Origin: a virus
Lineage: Duplodnaviria; Caudoviricetes
IMG/VR virus record: IMGVR_UViG_3300031998_000025
Span: 52,731-116,730 of that record
DNA length: 64,000 nt
Direction: 5' to 3' (one strand)
A program made the position numbers and the translations under genes. Shown here piece after piece: positions 28,968 through 39,584 of the stretch. The notes beneath the pieces were generated by a model. It made no database searches and had not been told where the DNA came from. It saw nothing but the letters and a program-made list of their open reading frames with translations. Position 1 is the stretch's first letter; each line of letters begins with the position of its first letter.

Positions 28968-31688
28968 CTAGCTGAAATTCGACTTAATCTCGGTTACTAT
29001 GTAACCTCTATGTATCGTATCAGATACTATATATGATGCTGCACGGAATAAGTAGGTACCATAGGTATCTATAGTGCTAGAATCCATATCACCATTTAAT
29101 GCAATAGCATCGGCACCGATATTAGGAAAGTGAATGTTATACGACTTTCGGTTAACCAGAATAAACTCTGCACCGTCCGGAACCGTATTATTTATTTCCA
29201 ATGTAACTTCATTGGATACACCATACCGCTTACCAATTTCGGGAACAACAGTCCCGGATATACTGTCACTGTCGAACACCTTGGTAAGTCCGCCGCCACT
29301 GGGCTGCTTGTAAAGCACCAGCTTCATCGTACCGTCGATGTCCTGGTCCGGCCCGATGCCGAGCAGCAGGCCGTTGAACGGACACTTGTCTGTTCCCGTC
29401 ACAATCACCGGGTCAATGAAGTCCCTGCCAGCAAACCATGTATCCACCGCCGAAGACGATATGTACGAACAGGAATGGAACGAGTTCCCAAGCTTAATCT
29501 TGCTCTCGGTTAACCCGATTCCGCCGGTGTATATCATCGGGGTTTCCGGCTTGTTTACCAGGTCTTTGATTTGTGAGCGGGTCATGCCGTTCGCCCAGGA
29601 ATCAATCGCGTCTGTAGTGGAATAGACCCCGTCAGCATCTGGAGAACTGAACTTTCCGTCTACTATCGGTATATACGGCCCAATGTCCATTAATCCTACT
29701 GGATTATCTGGATATGGGAATATGCCAAACAGCGCCGGATTGCTATAGCTGGAGTTCAGGAATATGTGTGCATCCCGGTACTCCCCGGTAGACCACGCGT
29801 AAGGCCCGGTACCTACCGACTTCAGCACGCTACCTCCCAGTCCACCCAGCACCGAGACGTTGGATATCGCTATGCCGTTCTCCCTGGACGCGTCATTCAG
29901 TTCATCCGGGAGGACCCCGTTTCCGATAATCAGTACGTTGTTCAGGTCAACGATACCCGTACCATTGTCATCCCCGATGATGACGCTCCTTGAGCTACCA
30001 CCGGAAATGTTACTCCCGGTGCCAAGCAGGAGGCAGCCGTCGCCACCGTTGGTGGAACCGGCACCAACCGTAATGGACTGGTCTCCCGGAGTCTTGCTGT
30101 CGGTACCCATGGTGAACGAGCATACACCATACTCCGTGGATTCATCCGATGTAATTCCCCTGACCGCGCCGACTGCGTCGGCATCCACGAGGTTCCTGAG
30201 GTAGTCGTGCGTATGGTGAATGGGTGCGAACACGGAACTGTAGTCGCTGGACTGGGAGGTAGCGCAGTCGCTGCACGGCGTTGCCGCCCTGCTCTTTAGG
30301 TATGCCACGTCCACGCCGAGGCTAGTGACCGCCTCGGATAGACCGGCGGAGGCGAGCAGCTGGTTCTGGTACCAGGTAATCGCCTCGTTCTCGGCCATGT
30401 TGTAGTATACCTCGACATCCTTCACGCATCCGGCATCGCTGTCGGCGTTCTCCAGGTTGAGGATGAAGTCCTGCGACCAGCGGGTGAAACCCTTGGAGCC
30501 GTCCTCGGAGAGGAGGACCTCGTCGAGGGAGATGATTGCCACCAGCACCGGGTTCTCGTCCGGGTCGACCTCGACCTGACAGTGGTTGCACCCGGCCTGT
30601 CCCTCCTTGCGGAACTTGCGGACGCTTACCGGAACTGCATAGATGCCTACGCGGTTGAACTTAAAGGAATTGTTCGGGTTTTCGGCGAATACCGGGTACT
30701 CGTCGCTGCCCTCGAAATTGAGGACATCCCGATAGGCCCTGTTGTCGCCGCCGAAGTCGAGCGAAAGACGGTACTTGATTGACTTCGCGTTGCCGGTCCT
30801 CGTTTCCTTGGTCTCGGGGTCGGCATCGGTGACCTCGTATTTCGCGATGGGGAACAGCTTGGTGACCCTGCTCATGTTGTGGCAGGATTCCTGGTAGTCG
30901 GTCTCGTATCCCTCGGAAGATACCTGGGCATGACCCTTGTTGAAGTTGGAAATGCTTACGAAGCAGCGGTATTCCTCTAGGGTTCCCGAATCAGTCCTCG
31001 TGTCCTCGGACTCGATGATGTCCCCGTCGGAAAGCCCGGAATCCTTGTCCTTCCCGGAATAGCAGCGCATATCCGGGGTAACCATCGGGTAGCCGTCACC
31101 GGTCTTCGGCCAGTCGTCCCCGAGTTCTTCCTCCATCTCCTGCATGTTACCGCCATAGCCGAGGCCGGCACCGAGGTAGATAAGCGGGGCGGGCACGGGA
31201 ATGCCCGACTCGGAATATGTAACGGTCGCCGTGTCGCTGCCGTCGGAAACCACCGGGGTGCAACCGGTATATACCTTGTATCCCTCGCGGTCGTAGGAAT
31301 CGTACTTTACAGTGAACTCACCCTCGGCTTTGCCGGCGGTTGTCCATGCGACGAGTCGGTTGCAGCCGTTCTCCTCGTCGTAAGCGTACCTGAAGTTGGT
31401 CGACAGGTTTGCGTCGTACTGGGTTAGCCGAGTGAAGTCAGCGTCGGTCTCCCGGTATCCCCCGCCGGTCAGGTCGCCCTGCCAGATGTTGTAGATGTAG
31501 TCGCCGGTCTCTTGCTCGCCTACCAGGGTGTTCAGGCTCCCGAGGCCGAGGTCGGTATCCGTTTCGGGGTCGACCGTGTTCTGGACGGGCACGTAGGCGA
31601 GGCCGAAGTAGCCTACCCAGTACTGGTCGTTCGTGTTGACTCCCGTGAGGATGTCCTTTCCGCGTTCGGTTAGCGTAATCTGGTTCAT
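28968..31688 (-). CDS. Baseplate/tail-fibre-associated structural protein
   Basis: N-terminal ITLTERG, FKFNRVGIYA collar-like motif, small-residue repeats; late motif at 31724-31731. Confidence 0.7.
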   Translation of the reverse strand: MNQITLTERGKDILTGVNTNDQYWVGYFGLAYVPVQNTVDPETDTDLGLGSLNTLVGEQETGDYIYNIWQGDLTGGGYRETDADFTRLTQYDANLSTNFRYAYDEENGCNRLVAWTTAGKAEGEFTVKYDSYDREGYKVYTGCTPVVSDGSDTATVTYSESGIPVPAPLIYLGAGLGYGGNMQEMEEELGDDWPKTGDGYPMVTPDMRCYSGKDKDSGLSDGDIIESEDTRTDSGTLEEYRCFVSISNFNKGHAQVSSEGYETDYQESCHNMSRVTKLFPIAKYEVTDADPETKETRTGNAKSIKYRLSLDFGGDNRAYRDVLNFEGSDEYPVFAENPNNSFKFNRVGIYAVPVSVRKFRKEGQAGCNHCQVEVDPDENPVLVAIISLDEVLLSEDGSKGFTRWSQDFILNLENADSDAGCVKDVEVYYNMAENEAITWYQNQLLASAGLSEAVTSLGVDVAYLKSRAATPCSDCATSQSSDYSSVFAPIHHTHDYLRNLVDADAVGAVRGITSDESTEYGVCSFTMGTDSKTPGDQSITVGAGSTNGGDGCLLLGTGSNISGGSSRSVIIGDDNGTGIVDLNNVLIIGNGVLPDELNDASRENGIAISNVSVLGGLGGSVLKSVGTGPYAWSTGEYRDAHIFLNSSYSNPALFGIFPYPDNPVGLMDIGPYIPIVDGKFSSPDADGVYSTTDAIDSWANGMTRSQIKDLVNKPETPMIYTGGIGLTESKIKLGNSFHSCSYISSSAVDTWFAGRDFIDPVIVTGTDKCPFNGLLLGIGPDQDIDGTMKLVLYKQPSGGGLTKVFDSDSISGTVVPEIGKRYGVSNEVTLEINNTVPDGAEFILVNRKSYNIHFPNIGADAIALNGDMDSSTIDTYGTYLFRAASYIVSDTIHRGYIVTEIKSNFS

Positions 31689-31779
31689 AATGGCAAAATT
31701 CCGGGATATTCCGTTCGAAAAACTAGTTTATTATCTTCTGCGGCCTCCCGGAACCTGCCGGGAGACTGCCGGGAGGTTC

Positions 31780-34700
31780 CTAGAAGGCACAGTTGTTCAG
31801 CGAGGTGTCGGAGTACTCCACCACGAGCTCGTCGTCGGAGGTGCTTATTGCGCCACCGTTCCCGGAGACCCCGGAGCCTGCCAGGTAGGCATCCACCCGT
31901 AGCCGGACAGTATCGACCAGCTGCAGCATGACGTCCCTGAACACGACGTTGATTGGCTTGTACACGCGTACCTGCTCGCGTATCCTCTCTATGTCGGACT
32001 GCCTTGCGGCGAACTGGGGGAACTTCGCGTTGTTCGTGATGCGGATGTCGATGTAAGGGGTCGGCACCCACTTACCGGATTCGCCCCCCTCCACCTTCTC
32101 CTCGACCTCCTCGCGGTAAACCATGTCCCTATAAGGGTGTTCCGCGTCGGTCCACAGGGTGAGCGCCTCGCCGATTACGCCGAAGGCGGCCATAAGCATG
32201 TGCAGGCCGGGCTTGGTACCACCGAGGGTGTAGTACTGCGGAAGGTCGGCGATGGTCTCCCTAATCGCCTTCTCCCTCTCGGATACAGTACGGTATATGC
32301 CGCTCTCGTTGACGTCCTCGCCAAGCGCAGTGATGTCGTAGCCGAGGTACCTGGCGAGGTACTCGATTAGGTCGAAGTCAATCACGCTGGCATCCCTCAG
32401 GTAGCACAGTCGCTCAATCTTCTCCGCCAGTGGGTACTTCATCGCAGGCACTCCACGGAACCCGGGCTTCATGTCGTATCTCGGCGCCACGTTGGAGAAG
32501 TCCTCACCGGATGAGTATTCCGCGTCCGGATTCCTGGTGGTGTCCATGTCGGATAGAGCGGGCATGATGAACTCCGCCCTGGTGACATCCCTGAAGCCGG
32601 CCACGTACTTCATGCCGGCGTCATTGGCCACGTCGACGTCGCTGAACGTCTCGTACTTGTCCTGGTCAAGCCCGTCCTCCACATCGGCCTCGTCGTATGC
32701 CGAGTTGTAGTACTTGCGGATGTCGAGTCCGGTAATCTTGAGCGACCTCTTGGCACGTACCGGCTGCCACGGGGATTCCGCGGCGACCCTCCATGTCTTG
32801 AGTTCGGACGGGTTCTGCTGGGAGCCGGCGACCACTATGTCCCCGTTCCTGAACCGGTACATCTTCCCGCCGAGGCTCTCCAGTTTTACGCTGTATTCTC
32901 CCTCGAGTACGCCGATGTCGTCCATGCGGTCGCTGAGCACCACGCCGCGGGCGATGCTGTCCCCGGTATGCTCGCTCCAGTCGACTACGGAACCGTCAAC
33001 CGTTTCCAGCACTGCCGAGGACTTCCCGGTGACCGCCTTGACCCTACAGCAGCGTATCCTTGGAATCACCGAGGACACGTTCCCGCTGTCCATCCCGGTA
33101 ATGTCGGCCATGCTGCCGACCACCACGTAGTCACCGGCAGACAGCCCGTGCTCCCTCTCGGTCACGACTGACCCACTGTCCCCACCGGCAATCCTGTTGT
33201 CCAGCGAGAAGGTGACACGGTTGCTTACCTTGTCCCAGCCGACCGACTCTATACCGTAACCGTACCAGCGGCCCTCGTTCAGTATCATCTCACCGCCGTT
33301 CACCCCGGTTCCTTTCTCGGCAGTACCGGGAGCGAACCTGACTGTCATACGGAAGGACTTCGGGCTATATACTTTAGTCACGGTATGCCAGCCGTTGTAT
33401 TCACCGGGAGTTACGTGCCTCAGGCGGACCATGGTCCTTCCCTCGATTATGCCGGCGTTTCCGGTAACGAAGTGCGGAATCTGGTCCCTGAGCCTGACTA
33501 TGGCACCGTCGTTTCCATCGGGCACGATGCTCTCCACCCGGAGGTCATCCCCCAGTGCGAACGAGGGATTTGTCACTGACAGCGTCGCGATATTCTGCCT
33601 TGCATACAGCGTAGACGGAACGGCAATGTCGTGCATGTCCTTCTCTTCCCATATCCCGGAGCCTACCAGGTATGCCGAGTCACCGGCAATCACGTATTCC
33701 CCGGCGGAAGGAGTCCGCCTTACATGGAATGAGTGCGATGTATCGAGGCCGTCGCCCGCATCCTGCATCTCGATAAGAAGACTACGGTCATCGTCGGAAC
33801 CGTCCTCCAGCACCTCCACGGTATACCTTGCAGTACCCTCGCCGGAAATGTCGCTGTCAAGGTCTACCACGTCGACCATGCTTCCCGCATGGATTCCGTA
33901 CGGAACCTCGGCGAACACCAACCTGTACCTGGCCAGCCCGTTTCCTGCCGGTTCGACCTCGGTGACCTTCATGGGCTCCACCCAGTATTCGCCGACGTAG
34001 TCCACCGTGCCGCTACCTACCGGTATGTGCACGGCGATGGCCGAAAATCCTCCGGCAATCACCGGGACCTCGAATGCGACCGTATCACCGTCTACCACGA
34101 TGGCCTTCCAGTAACCGTTGATATCCAGGCCGTTAACTATATCGAACCCGGCAACCCTAAGGAGAGCGCCATCGACCAGCCCGTGACCCGCGGACATTAC
34201 AGTCACTGTCCATGAGTCGGACCCCATCTCGGCAAGGAGAGATACCGGGTTGTCTATGTCGACAGAGAACGAAGGCTCGGCTCCCCGCTTCACCACGGGA
34301 TAGTCAATCTTCCACCTGGCGATGCTCGCGAGCGTGGCGGTCACGATGTCGTTGCCGCTCTCGAACCCGTCTCCGTCGCTCCTTGCGGAACTGAACACCT
34401 CCATGGACCCGTTCCTCAGCCGGTCGGTCATGTCCATCATGGTACCGTAGTTGAGGAACTCCCTGTGCTCCCAACCGTACTTCAGGCGGTTCTCCTCCAC
34501 CTTGGTGATGTAGAGCGGCCTGGTAGCGACCTTTATGTCGCCGGAATAGTCAACCCGCTCGCCGAACTCCATGGACTTCACCTGGCCGTAGAACGGCATG
34601 AACCTGTTACGCACCCCGGTGTACCCGGAGCGGAACCTGACCATGGTCTCCGAGCGGAAATAGGGCAGCGCCGCGGGGTCGGTGTCGAACTCTCCCGGAG

Positions 34701-36870
34701 TGAACGCGGATACACACGTATAGAGCTTGCCGTCAACCGGGCTGTACACGGTAGTCCCCGGGAGGTACCGGGTGCCGGTACTGTAGAGGAGTACCGGGGT
34801 GCCTTCGTACCCGGCTCCTAGCTCGACGTATGCTGTATGTTTACCGTCGGTAATGCGGAAGAGTCCATCGGTGAACACGTCGCCGTCGTAGGACTTACAT
34901 GTCGCGCCAGTCCAGCCGTCCTGCCCGACAGAGACATCCTCCAGTCCTATCACCTTGCCGGATTCAGGGGCGGCGTTGCAAATCTCCAGGTCGTAATACC
35001 CTTCTTCGGGAGGATTTTCCAGAATTAGCATGAACCTTGCGTCATTGCTGGTCTCAAACCCGGTAATTGTCGTAATTCCCCTGGTGCTACCGGTAGAATA
35101 TACGGCAACAGTGCTTCCCGGCACGATATAGGAAGCATCGAAGTTGTTGCTGGACTTCGGGAAGCAGTTCCCGTCAGAGTCGACGTACATCGACCCGTTG
35201 AACCCGGTATATAGCTGCACCTCGGCCGTACCCGAGAAATCCCTCATGGATACGTCCGAATCGAGAGTCAGCAATCCACCCGTCTCGTTCCCGTAATAAA
35301 TCCCTCCCTGCAGTCCGCTATAGTTAGCATGCCCGCAGTTCCATACGGCACCCCCGCAGCTAAGCTCGGTATCTGCCGGCATCGACTTCAGTTCGTTGTA
35401 GATGTCGTCCGGGATGTACAGACTGGTATAGGTACCGTCGTTCCGGATACGTCCCGTTTCCATGGTAAACGGCTTCCCGATAGGAGAAACAGTATATTTC
35501 CCGCTCTGTTCCAGCCTTTCCATCCTTGCACTAGACCAGTCCATCTCCGCGCAGTCGTCCGATACGGTCTTCCAGTATACCCTGGCCGAAGAGCTGCCGG
35601 TATCCTGCAATCCACGGTTGAAGTACAGTGGGATTGTCATGAGGTACAGCCGGTCGCTGCTGTTCAGCTCGCCTGAACCCGTGTTGATGTCCTCCATCCA
35701 CACCGGCTGTGCTACTGTCACGAACTTGCCCTCGGCATATTCGCTCGGTTCGGCAATGAATTCACCCAGGCAGTCTCCAGTCTTCTTGTCCATGAGGTAG
35801 AACCTGCCGGAATCGCTCTGCGGGAAGCAGGTCGCCGTAACGAACCTGCACACGCCGGCTGCAACGTCTACCACTACGCTCTCGGCGAGTGCATACCGGT
35901 CGGCCTTCATCTCAACCGTGGGGTCCACCGGGGAGTCGTAGCTCCCGGAATCCCCGGTATCTACCGTGGCAAGCCCGGCGCCGCTGGTCTCCTTCAGGTA
36001 GAACACTCCGGTCGGGTAGCCGTCCTTCCATGCCCATCCTTCGGCACCGTAGAACGACATCGTCGCATGGTACTTTCCCTTAGGCACGTATGTCATGCCG
36101 TAATAGTCGACATAGACCTCGTCGGCCACCTGGTCCACCCCGTCTACATCGAAGTATGTCTTCTCAGTTGCCGGTGCGGACTGCACGTCGCGTACCCGAG
36201 CGGTGAACAGGACCTCGTAGTATGAATTGCCCGCGCTCTCCCCGCCGTACCGCTTGGAAATGCTCGAAATGTCATCGACGAGGAATGTTATCATCCTGTT
36301 GCCGGTATTTGCCGTACCGGTGAACGGGTCCTGAGACGACCATTCCGGGTCAAGTATAAGGGAGTTCGCCTCCCTGGAATAGTAATAGGCCCTGGTCTCG
36401 ACCGGGTCCATAGAAACATAATTCACGAATACGACGTCTCCGTCGTCCATCGAAGCAATCTTGCGGTCGATTGACGATATCGAACGGATTTCCTTCGCTA
36501 CCTCCGAAAGTCCTATGTCGATGCTGTACGGCGTATACCCAGTATCCTTTCCAAATACCCGGTTGGACTTCGCATTCGCCCGCGGCACGGACAGGTAGCA
36601 TACGCGTTCGCCCCTGGTGGAGGCAAGCTCGAACATGGTGCGGAGCCTTGCAAGGATAGCCTTCGCCCTCTGCATCCCGGCCTCGGTAGTGCACAGCTTG
36701 AACTCGAACCGTTCCACGTCCTCGATGTTGCGGTATGCGTCGTTGATGTAGTCGCTCATCACCTGGAGGAATTCGACTACGTCCGGTTCCTCCTGGAGGA
36801 ACTCCGGTATGTATCCTACTAGGTCAGTGTAGCGGAACTGTCCGCGGTCGTTTAATGGAATCGGATTCAT
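31780..36870 (-). CDS. Baseplate wedge protein, gp7-like (1696 aa)
   Basis: Follows gp6; IPEFLQE..FL N-terminus, YLARYLG..LPQYYTLGGT, YKPINV tail-protein-I-like motifs. Confidence 0.7.
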   Translation of the reverse strand: MNPIPLNDRGQFRYTDLVGYIPEFLQEEPDVVEFLQVMSDYINDAYRNIEDVERFEFKLCTTEAGMQRAKAILARLRTMFELASTRGERVCYLSVPRANAKSNRVFGKDTGYTPYSIDIGLSEVAKEIRSISSIDRKIASMDDGDVVFVNYVSMDPVETRAYYYSREANSLILDPEWSSQDPFTGTANTGNRMITFLVDDISSISKRYGGESAGNSYYEVLFTARVRDVQSAPATEKTYFDVDGVDQVADEVYVDYYGMTYVPKGKYHATMSFYGAEGWAWKDGYPTGVFYLKETSGAGLATVDTGDSGSYDSPVDPTVEMKADRYALAESVVVDVAAGVCRFVTATCFPQSDSGRFYLMDKKTGDCLGEFIAEPSEYAEGKFVTVAQPVWMEDINTGSGELNSSDRLYLMTIPLYFNRGLQDTGSSSARVYWKTVSDDCAEMDWSSARMERLEQSGKYTVSPIGKPFTMETGRIRNDGTYTSLYIPDDIYNELKSMPADTELSCGGAVWNCGHANYSGLQGGIYYGNETGGLLTLDSDVSMRDFSGTAEVQLYTGFNGSMYVDSDGNCFPKSSNNFDASYIVPGSTVAVYSTGSTRGITTITGFETSNDARFMLILENPPEEGYYDLEICNAAPESGKVIGLEDVSVGQDGWTGATCKSYDGDVFTDGLFRITDGKHTAYVELGAGYEGTPVLLYSTGTRYLPGTTVYSPVDGKLYTCVSAFTPGEFDTDPAALPYFRSETMVRFRSGYTGVRNRFMPFYGQVKSMEFGERVDYSGDIKVATRPLYITKVEENRLKYGWEHREFLNYGTMMDMTDRLRNGSMEVFSSARSDGDGFESGNDIVTATLASIARWKIDYPVVKRGAEPSFSVDIDNPVSLLAEMGSDSWTVTVMSAGHGLVDGALLRVAGFDIVNGLDINGYWKAIVVDGDTVAFEVPVIAGGFSAIAVHIPVGSGTVDYVGEYWVEPMKVTEVEPAGNGLARYRLVFAEVPYGIHAGSMVDVVDLDSDISGEGTARYTVEVLEDGSDDDRSLLIEMQDAGDGLDTSHSFHVRRTPSAGEYVIAGDSAYLVGSGIWEEKDMHDIAVPSTLYARQNIATLSVTNPSFALGDDLRVESIVPDGNDGAIVRLRDQIPHFVTGNAGIIEGRTMVRLRHVTPGEYNGWHTVTKVYSPKSFRMTVRFAPGTAEKGTGVNGGEMILNEGRWYGYGIESVGWDKVSNRVTFSLDNRIAGGDSGSVVTEREHGLSAGDYVVVGSMADITGMDSGNVSSVIPRIRCCRVKAVTGKSSAVLETVDGSVVDWSEHTGDSIARGVVLSDRMDDIGVLEGEYSVKLESLGGKMYRFRNGDIVVAGSQQNPSELKTWRVAAESPWQPVRAKRSLKITGLDIRKYYNSAYDEADVEDGLDQDKYETFSDVDVANDAGMKYVAGFRDVTRAEFIMPALSDMDTTRNPDAEYSSGEDFSNVAPRYDMKPGFRGVPAMKYPLAEKIERLCYLRDASVIDFDLIEYLARYLGYDITALGEDVNESGIYRTVSEREKAIRETIADLPQYYTLGGTKPGLHMLMAAFGVIGEALTLWTDAEHPYRDMVYREEVEEKVEGGESGKWVPTPYIDIRITNNAKFPQFAARQSDIERIREQVRVYKPINVVFRDVMLQLVDTVRLRVDAYLAGSGVSGNGGAISTSDDELVVEYSDTSLNNCAF

Positions 36871-36873
36871 CGC

Positions 36874-39504
36874 TTATTTTCCCGTGCCCGTAAGCAGTGA
36901 GCTGTACTGTGCCACGCTCAGGTTAATCATCTCGTTCGGAATGTTGAACTGGACAATCTCGTTGTCGTTGCTGTAGTTCGTGATGTTCCCGGTAACCGGG
37001 TCAATCAGCGTGGCCGCCGACTTGGAACCGAGCACCCTGCGTACGAGCTTGATGTAGTCCATCCCGTAGCGCATGTAGTCGAACAGGGTGCTCCCGTTCG
37101 CTTCCTCCATGTCCACGATGCCGTTCGCGTCCTTGAACTTGATTGAGTCCTTGCCCATGTCCCAGGTCTTTATGTTTCGTATCAGGGCGGTGTACTTACC
37201 TACATCGACGGTCTTTCCGCTGTCCATGGCCGCGTCAAGCGCTTCCTTGACCGGACGGTACACCTCCTCCATGACCTTGCTCCATATGAACGCGACGAAC
37301 CTGTCGGTAAGCTTGTCGCTCAGTGCGTTCTCGGCAATCTTCGGGTATACCTTGTTCATGTAGTAGTCGGAAATCGCGGTCTGGATATCCGCCTGGTCAC
37401 GAATCTCGAACTCCTCGGTTTCCCGGTCACCCTTGTACGTGTATGCCAGCTGATACTTCATCCCGCTGAACGCCGACGTGCCCTGGCTTACCATGGTGGC
37501 CGTAGACTCGCCCATCCAAGGGTAGGCGGCAAGGTCGATGTCCTTGAACGCGCTGTCGGCCACCTCGAACGTGACGTCAACGCCGGCGACTTCCTTCATC
37601 GTATGGACAATAGACGAGATGCGCGACCGGTAAATCGGGGTACCGAACTCGGTATTGTCCTTCAGGTACCGGTAGACGGCCTGCTTAATCTTCTCCCGGA
37701 TGTCGGTAAAGTTGTTGCCCTTGAAGAGCACGACGTCCATCTTGATGTTCATGTTGTGCACCGACGGGTACACGTAGTTGTGGAAGCCGTCACCCACCGT
37801 AAGCATGCCGCGCCGGTTCAACGCCATCATGATGCTGTGAAGCTCGCTACCCTCGACTACGAAATCGAGCGGGGTAAGGAACGCAGAGAACACCGACGTA
37901 TCCACCTCCCGGGCGGATTCCGGCATGGCAAAGGCCACCTTGGACATGACCGCCTTCACTATTCGCGGAAGCAGAGTTGAAGCCTGCTCGTCCGAAAGGG
38001 GCGCCTCGCTGTTGCTATCGATGACCGAAGCAACAATCGCATTCAGTCCGTCACCTATGCGCTCGATGATATCGCTCGCACTAGCCAAGGTGGTATCCTC
38101 ATTCGGGTCCTGGAAGTCATACAGCCAGTTGTACATCAGTCCGTTGACCTTGTATCCGTCAAGCAGGTACTCGTCCTCGGTAGTCGGATAGTACTTGCCT
38201 TCCTTCTCACGATACAGGTCCTTCAGGGCAGAGAACCTGACCTGGTTCATGTACTTCACGTTGATGCCGCCATTCAAGAGCTTCGTATTGAGCACGTCCT
38301 CGCCATAGGCGGACGCATACTTGACGTCGGCATACCTGCGGAGGAAAATCTTGTACGCCTCCCGGGTAACCAGGCGGTCAAGCGAGTTGTATACCGAGGA
38401 AGCGTTATTCCTTATGGAATCGATACTCTCGATGTTGAGGCCGCCGCGTATGTCAGTGGTAAGGCAGATGTTCAAGTCGGACAGGCGGACTTCGGTCTCG
38501 AGCCCGTCCATAGTGGTAAGGGTGATTCCGCCACCGGCAGTCGACAGGGCAGTACCGAACACGTTCAGCATGTTGCCAGCCTCACCGTGGGTGGAGAAGT
38601 ACCTGACTTCGATGTCGCCGAACGGGATTGCCGACTTGAGGCCGTCACCGAACCGGATGGCAACCTTGCCATCATTAGCCGTCTCCATCAGGACCGTATA
38701 GTTGTTGGTGTAGTTGTCCTGCTTTGCAGCAAAAGATGCCACGTCATTCCCACCGGTCTCCAGCGCCGGGTCTTCCAGTCCCCTCCGGGAGATTCTCCAG
38801 TAGAGCTTGTCGTCGATTACCACGCCCGGGTCGATGTTGTCCATCAGGGTGGCATCGGTTGTAACCGTGGTGAAGCATGCCGGACGGTGGGCGATATTGC
38901 CGTCATCGGAGAAATTAGGGTCTCCGTCACCGAAATAATCGGAGAAAGAGGCATCGGAAAGATAGAATACCTGGTTCTGCTGGCCGTTGGAAACAAGCGT
39001 CTCGGTCCGCATCTCGCCCTCGGCGAGTACGTTGAGGCCACTGGTAAGCTCCATAAGGCCGGTCTGGGCGGTGTCGGTGTCGTAGTCGTATGTAAATTCC
39101 ATGTCCGACATCGAGGTAAGCGTGGAACCCGGCATGGTGAATACAGTTCCCTTCGGGATGAACACCTTCAGCGTCCCGTGTTCCTTGATTTCGGCGATGC
39201 GGATACCGATGGAGCACTTGGCAGGCACCGGGCGGCGCAGGCTATAACCCAGGGACCGTGCGCCGGCGAACATTGCCGGCTTGGAGAACGCCGTCTCAAT
39301 CCAGGAGTTCTCGAACGCGGACTCGACCCAGTTTGCCGTAAGGTCGCCGAAGCCTGCGAACAGCTCCAGCATCATCTTGCCGTATGCGCTGTCCCCGAGG
39401 TCGGCCAGCGGGCCTTCCTTGGCCCTTACAATCTCAACCAGGTGGTCCCGAATCTCGTCGAAGGAGATGTTGGTATACTTTCTTGCTACTGCGGTCGATG
39501 CCAT
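36874..39504 (-). CDS. gp6: Baseplate wedge subunit, T4 gp6-like
   Basis: ISFDEIR, A..LGY, SNGQQNQ, IRFGDG, GG...ESIDSIR, RLVTREAY motifs. Confidence 0.88.
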   Translation of the reverse strand: MASTAVARKYTNISFDEIRDHLVEIVRAKEGPLADLGDSAYGKMMLELFAGFGDLTANWVESAFENSWIETAFSKPAMFAGARSLGYSLRRPVPAKCSIGIRIAEIKEHGTLKVFIPKGTVFTMPGSTLTSMSDMEFTYDYDTDTAQTGLMELTSGLNVLAEGEMRTETLVSNGQQNQVFYLSDASFSDYFGDGDPNFSDDGNIAHRPACFTTVTTDATLMDNIDPGVVIDDKLYWRISRRGLEDPALETGGNDVASFAAKQDNYTNNYTVLMETANDGKVAIRFGDGLKSAIPFGDIEVRYFSTHGEAGNMLNVFGTALSTAGGGITLTTMDGLETEVRLSDLNICLTTDIRGGLNIESIDSIRNNASSVYNSLDRLVTREAYKIFLRRYADVKYASAYGEDVLNTKLLNGGINVKYMNQVRFSALKDLYREKEGKYYPTTEDEYLLDGYKVNGLMYNWLYDFQDPNEDTTLASASDIIERIGDGLNAIVASVIDSNSEAPLSDEQASTLLPRIVKAVMSKVAFAMPESAREVDTSVFSAFLTPLDFVVEGSELHSIMMALNRRGMLTVGDGFHNYVYPSVHNMNIKMDVVLFKGNNFTDIREKIKQAVYRYLKDNTEFGTPIYRSRISSIVHTMKEVAGVDVTFEVADSAFKDIDLAAYPWMGESTATMVSQGTSAFSGMKYQLAYTYKGDRETEEFEIRDQADIQTAISDYYMNKVYPKIAENALSDKLTDRFVAFIWSKVMEEVYRPVKEALDAAMDSGKTVDVGKYTALIRNIKTWDMGKDSIKFKDANGIVDMEEANGSTLFDYMRYGMDYIKLVRRVLGSKSAATLIDPVTGNITNYSNDNEIVQFNIPNEMINLSVAQYSSLLTGTGK

Positions 39505-39527
39505 AACGCTTTTCCTCTCGATATCGG

Positions 39528-39567
39528 GAGTTTATACCTCCCGGACCTTCCCCGGAGTATAAACTAC
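39528..39567. promoter_or_regulatory. Back-to-back late promoters for gp6 (-) and gp14 (+)
   Basis: GAGTTTATA and TATAAACTAC. Confidence 0.7.
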
Positions 39568-39584
39568 ATCCCGAGAGGTTTCCG

